Positions 23,276-32,142 of a stretch of DNA of 32,142 bases are shown here, piece after piece. The stretch is from contig NC_068989.1 of assembly GCF_001194135.2 (NCBI RefSeq), forward strand, positions 39,731,084-39,763,225. The letters run 5' to 3'. Position numbers and translations under genes: made by a program. The notes under the pieces were generated by a model. That model was not told where the DNA came from, did not search any database, and saw only the letters and a program-made list of their open reading frames with translations. The stretch is from Octopus bimaculoides (taxonomy: Eukaryota). The number at the start of each line of letters is the position of its first letter. Position 1 is the first letter of the stretch.

Positions 23276-24254
23276 TAAAGAACAGTGTTGCTGTCATGTT
23301 GCATGTGACTTGTGTTGTGGTATGCTATTTCTGCATGTGCATTTGGTATAGAGTTAATTCTTATCATTAACAATTAAATGTCGTCATTTCTATGAACAAC
23401 AAAGGAAAGATGTTTACACTATTAAGATATATGAGATTTATATGGATTTGGTATAACAGCAGTCGCTGTCATGTCTTTCTTTGAATTAGCTGGTTCGGAT
23501 GTATTGCAGTCACCACAACCACCATCGTTGTCATCATCGCTGTCATCGTTGACCACTGTCTTGGTGCCACAGACACGACTCTGGTTTGCTTTCTGGTTCT
23601 CTGCTCCTTTTTGCTATCTGCTGGTTAGTAGCTAAAATGCTCTAAATATACAACCAATGTTCTTCATAGAAAAAATACACTAAAAATTTAATCCTGTTTC
23701 ACCAGAGGTTTAAGTGGTTGGTGTTTTGATGACGTCAGCAATATTTGAACAAATTACATTTCAGTTACTTAGTTTGTTTGTTTTTTTGCATTGGATACAG
23801 TGATCTAAGTTTGATTTCTAAGTTTTTCTGTGACTGTCAGATATTCCTGCTATACCAGTCTTAATTTCAATTATTCTATCACATACTATGATTATCACAA
23901 TTACATTATTTCTCCATCTCTGTTCCTGCAATATAACCAACTTTGCTAACCTTTGTGTAGTTATGCCTGGTGTATAAATGTTATAAGTTCATAGCCACCA
24001 GTTTAATAATGTAAAAAAAAAAAACACAATCATCATCACCACCACCGATATCATCATCATTATTGTGATGGTGATCATCATCATTGTTATGAGGCACATA
24101 AAACCAGCATCATCAGTATGGTTACTACCATCTTTTCCATCATCATCACCACCACTACCATTATCATCGTCATCATCGTCATCATCATCACCACCACCAC
24201 CACATCATCATTCGCATTATATTATCATCATATCATCATCATCATCATCATCAT

Positions 24255-24650
24255 ATTATTATTATTATTATTGTTCAGTAGTTTTATTTTTATAACGTGT
24301 TTTCACTTCACTACCGAGCGCAGCTCTGTGTGCCTTGGGTATGTGCTGTGGTTTGCTGTGGTACTCTTATGGTTACTGTATTGAAAGTGTTTTGTGTAGG
24401 ATGTGTGCAGTGCCCAGTAGTGCAATTTTCTGTATGTTATATATATTTGTAAGTCCTGGTGTTTTTGTTGTGTATTTGTCTGAATATTTTTTTATTATAC
24501 CTAAGGCACCTACTATGATAGGAATTGTTTCTGTTTTTAGATTCCACATTTGAGTTACCTCTATTTCCAGGTCTTTGTATTTTGAAAGTTTTTTCCATTT
24601 CATTTAGAGAAACGTTGTCATCTGCTGGTATTGATCCATCAATTAGAAAG
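24255..24650 (-). mobile_element. 5'-truncated 3' end of a second Dong/R4-type family, flanked by (TAA)n on both sides
   Basis: FLIDGSIPADDNVS...EKLSKYKDLEIEVTQMWNLKTETIPIIVGALG...IQKIALLGTAHIL; (ATT)n at ~24255-24272 and 24662-24760. Confidence 0.82.
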
Positions 24651-24687
24651 CTTTTTTTTCTTTTATTATTATTATTATTATTATTAA

Positions 24688-24761
<74 letters not shown>

Positions 24762-25415
24762 CATCACCATCCTCATCACAATCACCACAAACCACTGACA
24801 CCATCATCGATACCATAACCATCATCAACAAACAGCAGGACAAGGTTTCAAACTCTCCTTCAATTTTGAGGCCAGTAGTCACCTGATTTAGCCACCATCT
24901 TGTCTGCAACATAAAAGAAAACAAAGTTAAAATAAAAGACAAAAGAAAAAATAACCAAGAAAAATGCAAGTGTTTTCAGTGATTCCTTCAGTTAATTGGT
25001 TAAACAATAATATGTTCATTCTTCTATTCAAGCTTACTTCAATATTTCTTCAGAATTTTACAGTGTTTCATTGATTCGTTAATTTAGTATTTAATATTTT
25101 TCTTTTCCACTGAACAACCATTAACATCAAAGGAATTCATCAAACATAAGACACGAGTAAATCTTTTTGAGGACATCGAATGTTTCTGTAGGATGGCAAA
25201 CTGTTGTCATCACCACCACCATCACCACCACTACCACCACATCTTTTTCTCCTCCTCCATCCCCTGCTGTCATCATTGTCATCCTTGTGTTCCTACGCTT
25301 GTGTCTGTAAGAGGTTACTTTTCTTGTGATGCACTTGGCAGACAAGAAGTGCATTTGAGAGATATATATAAACAAACATATTTGGAGAAGGAAGGAGAAA
25401 GAGAGAAGTAGAGAA

Positions 25416-25458
<43 letters not shown>

Positions 25459-25468
25459 NNNNNNNNNN
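25459..25468. other. Assembly gap (10 N)
   Basis: N run after (TA)n. Confidence 1.
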
Positions 25469-25601
25469 ACTCTGAGTGGCTGAGGAGTGAATCTTTGATA
25501 TGTAAATATCAATAAACCTACTACACACATTGTGTACCATTTTTTCATATGTATTTCTAAACAAATACTCTAACACACACACATGCATGCATGCACGCGC
25601 G

Positions 25602-25650
<49 letters not shown>

Positions 25651-25912
25651 CGATTTTACATCTGCTGTTTCTTGAGTTCAGCAGTTTTGCCATCTTCTCA
25701 TCACTCATCAAGTCTTTTGTTCAGAGCACTCAAGAAAAGACAAAAAAGTTGTCCATCTTTCTGTGCTGCCAGTCATTGCTACCTCTCTTCTTGGACCATT
25801 TGTTACTGACATTCATCACTCACTCTTAGTTTTGTCTGTTATTATCCACTACTTTCTCACCCAAACATTCTCCAACTCCCTTCAGCCACTTATTCTGATT
25901 CTGTTTTTTTCA

Positions 25913-25917
<5 letters not shown>

Positions 25918-25990
<73 letters not shown>
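25918..25990. repeat. (CT)n microsatellite
   Basis: Visible. Confidence 0.95.
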
Positions 25991-25993
<3 letters not shown>

Positions 25994-27992
25994 TGTCTTC
26001 TCTGTCATGCCCAGAGCAAATGAACGTATCTTACAGTAGGAAGGGCTCTTTACTGTTACTGGGTACAGAGCAACCCCATTCATGCTAATGCCATGATAAA
26101 ATGAACCCAGTACACTTTTCAAGGTGGTTGGTGAATGATTAGAGACAGTGTAAGGTTGAAAAGTACCTTTAATTTTGTTGAGTACTTGTGAACATCTCTA
26201 GTGTTGGTACCATGATCAAATGCACTCATTATGCTCTGCAAAAGGGTTGCTGATAGAATGAGCATTCAGTCATAGAAATCAAGCCAAAAATGAATCTTAT
26301 GGGTGAGATTTGGAATTCTGATTTGACTCGGAGGGCATGGAGATACCTGTTGTATTGTTGTATAACCTGCTAGAAATACCAGCCAAATTTCTCTTGAAAC
26401 ATAGTTTTCCTTCTTAAAAAAAAAGGAGACTTATTAGATAGTATAATCCTGAATCACTGTCTCAAAATAAGATGAGATGCTCATGACTGGACTAATTTGA
26501 TCATAAAATTGGCTGATCAAAACTGACCTTGGGCTAAACAGCAACAATTTATTGGCATTATATTTAATCAAAAGAAATCAGTATCATTGTTTGTAAGCTC
26601 AGGATATATATTTTGCCATTAAAGGCTGTTGGTTAATAGATTTTTAAGTAGGTTTCACTGAAACACTTAACTGTGAATAACTATTTACAATAGCTATTGT
26701 GAATAAGTATTGGAAAATGGCAATTATGACTAGCTATTGTGCATTGGTTTTGTTATTTCGAAGCAAATATATTACTTTGTAGAGATGTGTATGTAAGCAG
26801 AAAATATGGTAAACATAAGATAATTAGGTTGAAATTATTCCCAAGATTTTTCAATCATATTCTAATCAAATAAAGGTTTAGCAATGGAATGCATGCATGC
26901 TGTGATGGTTTTTGTCATTGAATTGAACTGAATTCACCACTGAGGATAGTTGAAAGGCAGCAGAATTATGTTCCTGGGTAATGTTAATTTGTGGTAGATT
27001 TGCTTCTTCATATGTATCTATGTATCATTGGTTCCCCCCAACATTCCTTATCCACCCTTCATTACATCCACTCCTCAATCCTACCCTATTTCTACAGATG
27101 TTACTTACTCTTCTCTACCTTTCTTACTTATCTGCCCTCAGCAGCTGCTCTTCACGATATCCACCTACCTCATCCATTTCTAGTCTCTAACCATCTCTCA
27201 CTCCCCCATATACTCTTACAAACTCTATTCACCTGCACTCACTGTTCTCTTGTTCCTACTCATTTTTACTCTCCTATTATCTTGAGGCACCTCACACCTC
27301 ATCACTATTTTTATTTCTTTCTGGCCCCACCCTCATCACTCCCAACTTCCCTTCAGTAATGTGAGAAGCCATGAGGCTACTTTACAGCAAGAAAGTAGCC
27401 TCAGTAAAGACTACTGACCACATCACTCTAAACATTGTTTGCTGCTACTGTAGGAACAGCAACAGACTATGACACTCTTTTGAGAAATGCTTGTTGCTAT
27501 GTATCAGGCTTCAGATTGAACCAGCAAAATGAAGAAACGAATTGATCCAACAGTGAGCTATGCCATGCATAAATTAATTTTGTTATTGTAATGAAAAAAG
27601 AAGCAAGAAAACTCTCAAACTATTCAGTTCATGCTTTGATAGGTCTTGCTTCAATAGAACAGCAGCAAGACATTGCTTCTGTCTTTTACCATGTGGAATA
27701 TAGTGAAGACAGTATTACATAACCTTAAACCACTCTTGTTGGATATAAGAGCTTTAGAACCACAGACCATTGCAGCTTCAGCAGTTACTACAAGCTACAC
27801 ATCTTTTGATTAATTATAAGGATTTTAATTCTCCATAATTGACTGGCTTTTGCAATCAGTTACATTTTGATAAAGTAGTCCAAGTTTACTCAGCAATAGA
27901 AAGGCACATATTTTGTCAGATGTAACACTTCCAAGTTGTAGCCATTATGATTTCAGTACTTATTGCAAGCTACATAATTGTAAACAAATCAC

Positions 27993-28501
27993 TATGCTTG
28001 GTCAAAAACAGAACCCATAAAAATTTTATTAAATCCTACAAAGGTCCAGCAAATTTCTTTGAATAAAAGTCATGTTCTTTTCAAAATATGCTCCAAATGG
28101 CATACGTTGCACAGACACTTGCAAATGCCACGCAAAATTGTCAATTACTTGAACACATTCCTCTTTGGGGATTTCCCTGATTTCTGCTGTGATCGCTGCC
28201 TTCAGTTCACCAATCGTTTGAGTGTTGTTCTAGTAAACATTATCCTTGAGATACCCCCGCAGATAAAAATCTGGAAGGGTTCAAGTCTGGTGAATGTGGT
28301 GCCCACTCAATGTCACACTTCCTGCTGATCAGTCTCTCCTGAAATCACTCTCTCAGCCAGACTAGAGAGTTATTTGATGTGTGGGTGGTGGCCCTGTCTT
28401 GCTGGAACCACTGTTCATCTTGATATAACCCTCTGCGTCATTTTATTCAAACAGTTTTATTCAAAGATTCGTGGGTTCTGTTTTTTTTTGGGGTCACCCT
28501 G
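27993..28501 (-). mobile_element. Internally deleted Tc1/mariner-superfamily element (DD41D-like C-terminus)
   Basis: QWFQQDRATTHT...ERLISRKCDIEWAPHSPDLNP...; right end GGGGTCACCCTG|TA; AAAAACAGAACCCA is present in inverted orientation near both ends. Confidence 0.65.
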
Positions 28502-29169
28502 TATCACTGGAATCAACAACTTTGCAGTTATAAAGTATGCATTCTTGAATAGAAGTCAGTACCACAGGAAACAACAAGTCTCTTTTCTTTTCAATTGGTC
28601 TAAAGTACTAGGTATGTTGAACTTGCAAGTACACTTTTGTGAGCATGATTACATTTTGATTACATCCCTGGAAGATACAAAAGTGAGCAAACATGTGGTT
28701 TTGTATTTATAGCTGGAAATAATGAAACCATGTGGCTTCCTTCTCTCCCCTCTGAGGTTAACACTTTTTTTTATCTGCTATCACTTTCAATACCCTAACA
28801 TATCTACTCCACTACCCCTGTGCTTCTTCTATATTTCACTCCATCATTTGCTACACTCACCTCTATTTGCCACACTTAACTCTGTCCTTCCCACTCACCA
28901 AGTCCAGACCTCTGTATCACCTCACTTATTCTCACCACCCCCAGTGTCCCAACTCTTCACCATCATCTCTCTCACTATTGTTCTCTTAATTTCACTCTCT
29001 AACTCATTTGCTCTCTTTATCTTACTCTCTAACTCACCCTTCTTTCCATCTGGGGTACCCATGTATCTACTCTACAGCAAGGTACCTATCCCTGTCCCTC
29101 TATATCTTTGATCTCTCATCAAATGGCACAAAACCACTACCACCTTCAATACCACTCCCACCTCCCAGC

Positions 29170-29445
29170 TGAAGAGGTCATTGTCTTGCAAGGTACTTGG
29201 TAACCCTGTTGGTGTTGGTACCACATAAAATGCACTGATGCTATTGTCACATAAAGTGCACTGGTGCTGGTACCTCATGAGAAACACCTAGTACACACTG
29301 TAAAGTGGTTGGCATTAGGAAGGGCATCCAGCTATAGAAACTATGCCAAAATAGACAACGGAGCCTGCAGCAGCTCCTGTCAGTCTGTCCAATCCATGCC
29401 ACCATGGTAAAACAGACATTAAATGATGATGATGATGATGATGAT
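29170..29445 (+). mobile_element. Family C repeat with ~22-bp internal subrepeats and (GAT)n tail; CT-rich upstream extension from ~28720
   Basis: GTGGTTGGCATTAGGAAGGGCATCCAGC...CAGACATTAAATGATGATGAT. Confidence 0.75.
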
Positions 29446-29886
29446 TTCAACTACCAGTCTATCGTTTCTGCTTCTCATCATATGCTGTTTATGTTACAAT
29501 TACATCATGGGTATTTATATACACATGCACATATTATCATTTTGTTTGCTTGTTTGAAATTTTGTTGAATAAAAACAATAAAATAAGACATGAAAGATAA
29601 GAATAAGACAAGGGTAATTGTAAACACATGTCATTACCAACCTCCACAAAAATGCAGACCTCCTTAACTCTTTCACAGTTTCTTAACACATTGCTCTTTC
29701 TAAATAACTATGAGCTTTATTATTTTATTCTTTTACTGGTTTTAGTTATTTTTTTTAATATTTTACTTAGAAGGGAAGGCAGTGCCCATGACACTTTGAG
29801 GTGAAAATAGTGGGAGGAAGGTAGGAGTGTGTACTCAAACCAGAGACCTAACCCTAATGCTTGCAACTGAGTGGGATCTGCTAAAA

Positions 29887-30182
29887 CAGGAGTTTTCAAA
29901 CTGGTCCGCGGACCACAGGGGGTCCGCAAGGACAAGACAGGGGGTCCGTAGACAGCAAATACTTTTTATGGGCAATTTGATTTTATATATGTTTTTTTAA
30001 TCAAAATCTTTTAATTGACAATAAACCCATTTGTTAAATACTGTTAAATAAATAAATGCCAAAATATATGTTATTTTAAGCAAATATTTATGTATAAATT
30101 TCATAAGCGTTTATAAGGGGGTCTCTAAGGTAAAGCCTGAAATATAAAGGGGTCCGCAAGTCAAAAAGTTTGAAAACCCCTG
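29887..30182. mobile_element. hAT-family MITE, 296 bp
   Basis: TIRs CAGGAGTTTTCAAACT / AGTTTGAAAACCCCTG (15/16 match); 8-bp TSD TGCTAAAA at 29879-29886 and 30183-30190; subterminal GGGGTCCG repeats. Confidence 0.92.
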
Positions 30183-30400
30183 TGCTAAAAGACACTCCAA
30201 GACCAGGTAGTGGTGATAATAAACATCTACCAACCTGGAATGGAGCTATGCTGAGAAATATTTTCACAAGTGTTGTCAATTGAATTGACTCCATTACTTA
30301 TGCTGTCTTTGTAATTAGTTTCTGGTCAACCTTGGCTGAGCTGACCTATGGTCCAAGACAGTCTAGCCATGACCATCTCTGTTTATATATCCAAAAGTAT

Positions 30401-30658
30401 ATAAAAAGCATTGGTGTGGATGCTGGTGCCATGTAAACACCACTGGTGCTGGTGCTACTTAAACATTGGTGATGGTGTCACATAAAAAGCACCCAGTACA
30501 CTCTGTGGGGTGGTTGCCATTAGGAAGGGCATACAGCCTTAGAAACCAAACCAAAACAGACTATGGAACCTGCTGTGGCACCTGACTTTACCAGTTCCCA
30601 TCAAGCCGTCCAACCCATGCCAGCATGAAAAACGAACATTAAATGATGTTGATGATGA
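30401..30658 (+). mobile_element. Family C repeat copy
   Basis: GGTGCTGGTGC subrepeats, ATTAGGAAGGGCATACAG, GTCCAACCCATGCCAGCATG, GAT tail. Confidence 0.75.
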
Positions 30659-30681
30659 GATAATCAAACTTGTTTTGAGCG

Positions 30682-31089
30682 TTATCTTTTACTTTTTTGA
30701 TTCACTAGTCTGTGGCCATGCTGCGGCAATGCCATGAATTTTTAGTTGAATGAATCAACCCCAGTACTTTGTTTTTTTTTAAGAAGTGGTACTTATTCTA
30801 TCAGTCTCTTTTGCTGAACTGCTAAGTTATGGGGACACAAACACCCCAACACCGGTTGTCCTGTGATGATGGGGGGACAAACATAAACACAAAGACACAC
30901 ACAGATTTATATACATGTATATACATACGATGGGCTTTTCTTTCAATTTCCGTCTACCAAATCCACTCACAAGGCTTCGGTTGGCCCAAGGCTATAGTAG
31001 AAGACACTTGTCCAAGGTGCCACACAGTGGGACTGAACCTGGAACCATGTGGTTGGGAATCAAGCTTCTTACCACACAACCATGCCTAC
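30682..31089 (-). mobile_element. Family B CORE-like SINE with 3' extension
   Basis: Reverse complement of the 11302-11756 family (TTTCCGTCTACCAAATCCACTCACAAGGC...AAGACACTTGTCCAAGGTGCCAC). Confidence 0.8.
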
Positions 31090-31190
31090 TGTAAACTGTG
31101 AAATTTTACTGTTACTTCTAGCAAACTCAGTCACTCCACTACTTATTTTATAGACTGATCCATAGTTTCTCAAACTGAAAGAAATGAACA

Positions 31191-31420
31191 GGCGGTGAGC
31201 TGGCAGAAATGTTAGCAAGCCGGGCGAAATGCTTAGTGGTATTTCATCTGCCGTTACGTTCTGAGTTCAAATTCCGCCGAGGTCGACTTTGCCTTTCATC
31301 CTTTCAGGGTCGATAAATTAAGTACCAGTTACGCACTGGGATTGATATAATCGACTTAATCCCTTTGTCTGTCCTTGTTTGTCCCCTCTATGTTTAGCCC
31401 CTTGTGGGCAATAAAGAAAT
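31191..31420 (+). mobile_element. Young full-length family-A tRNA-derived SINE with a 14-bp TSD
   Basis: Head GGCGGTGAGCTGGCAGAA...GAGTTCAAATTCC, CpGs retained, AAGAAAT tail; AAGAAATGAACAGG at 31179-31192 and 31421-31434. Confidence 0.88.
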
Positions 31421-31581
31421 AAGAAATGAACAGGAATGTGGGTCTTGAAATGGTTTCGAACTGAAGAACTTGAATTTTCTACTTCATCCTCATTACACAA
31501 AGCATTTTGTCTGATGCTTACATGATGATGCTGCAGTCCACTTATCTATTGTTTATTTTCATTCTTTTCAACTTTGAAAAA

Positions 31582-31602
31582 TTCCTTAACAATTGATGCC
31601 AC
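31582..31602 (+). promoter_or_regulatory. U12-type branch site and AC 3' splice site
   Basis: TTCCTTAAC followed after 10 nt by AC; no AG between 31537 and the exon start. Confidence 0.83.
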
Positions 31603-31685
31603 TTTGTACAACAGGGTGGTAAGCGTGCCAATTTCCATCAGAGCATCAAGCTGTTCCAGAAGGCACATTCCATTGCGACTGCCAA
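31603..31685 (+). CDS. TTC23: Internal coding exon C of the TTC23-like gene; phase 0 start, phase 2 end
   Basis: TTCCTTAAC (31582-31590) and AC (31601-31602), then TTT GTA CAA... = FVQQGGKRANFHQSIKLFQKAHSIATA+AA, then GTATGT (31686-31691). The phase matches the exon B donor. It resembles remembered TTC23 VEQALGLHDVSINHFLQAH. Confidence 0.82.
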
Positions 31686-31774
31686 GTATGTAGATAACAA
31701 CTCTTCTTCAACTTCAATATTACTTTCTCTGTACTGTTTTTGTTAATTAAGTGGCTTATCAGTTAAGTAGGTTG

Positions 31775-31816
<42 letters not shown>

Positions 31817-31829
31817 ATAGTAGTAGTAA

Positions 31830-31860
<31 letters not shown>

Positions 31861-32142
31861 CCTAATAGTAGTAGTCATAGTTGTAATAGTAGTTGTCGTA
31901 GTAGTAGTAGTGATTGTGATGGTGGTGGTGGTAGTAGTAATAGTGACTGTGTGGTGGTAGTAGTGGTGGTGGTTGAGGTGGTAGTAGTAGGAGTAGTAAT
32001 GGCAATGGTGATAGTTGTAGTAGTAGTACTAGTGTGGTGGTAGTAGTAGTAGTGATAAAAGATGGTAGTAGAAGTTGCAATAGTAATAGTAGTAGAAGCT
32101 CTAGCAGTTGTTGGTGTTGTGGCCATAATAATAGTGGTATTG
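31775..32142. repeat. Long degenerate (GTA)n/(GTG)n trinucleotide tract at the start of the next intron
   Basis: Visible; source of the poly-V/poly-T ORFs. Confidence 0.9.

Larger units (their letters stand above)
8060..31602 (+). other. Minor (U12) AT-AC intron, nominally 23,543 nt including about 990 N, phase 0
   Basis: 5' ATATCCTTT at 8060-8068; branch site TTCCTTAAC at 31582-31590; terminal AC at 31601-31602; exons join in frame (WGK|FVQ). Confidence 0.82.

Noticed and set aside
25127-25830. Protein-like minus-strand snippets (YEKMVHNVCSRFIDIYISK; LFLSALNKRLDE)
   Set aside because: Broken by stops, microsatellites and a gap, with no recognisable family or consistent splice signals.
26682-26705. 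24-bp near-palindrome TATTTACAATAGCTATTGTGAATA
   Set aside because: Short, AT-rich and imperfect; plausible by chance.
27643-27722. Possible exon LASIEQQQDIASVFYHVEYSEDSIT*
   Set aside because: Ends in a stop, is the wrong phase for the 8060 donor, has no U12 branch site, and the resemblance to TTC23 looks coincidental.
29210-29300. CRISPR-like short repeat array (also 30410-30500)
   Set aside because: Eukaryotic DNA; these are degenerate ~22-bp subrepeats within family C with no unique spacers or cas genes.

Overview
This is AT-rich eukaryotic genomic DNA, dense in microsatellites and transposons, with three N-gaps. The SINE/LINE/mariner repertoire looks like an octopus or other coleoid cephalopod genome (inference, not verified). 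None of the supplied ORFs is a complete gene. The window is the interior of one + strand gene with three short coding exons (1057-1182, 7933-8059, 31603-31685). They splice in frame to a TPR-like peptide (xYVESEKNLLKAESFLENLKKLPSSDSKLVQMWAIKLTLDFAQLYSKQKKQTEAEDTYKQVVELIEAAHGEGSPQLIALYLDWGKFVQQGGKRANFHQSIKLFQKAHSIATAx) that closely resembles TTC23/TTC23L as recalled from memory. The main result is that two of the four visible intron positions are minor-spliceosome (U12) AT-AC introns. One ends at 1056 (TTCCTTAAC branch site, then AC). The other runs 8060-31602 (ATATCCTTT ... TTCCTTAAC ... AC) and is about 23.5 kb long. The introns are filled with transposable elements: a Dong/R4-type RLE LINE in a (TAA)n tract with a twin-priming-like 5' inversion, a TSD-flanked Tx1 LINE lacking its RT domain, three mariners, two other Tc1/mariner remnants, a hAT MITE, a Helitron-like element, many SINEs, a tRNA-like inverted repeat pair and a telomeric-repeat hairpin.
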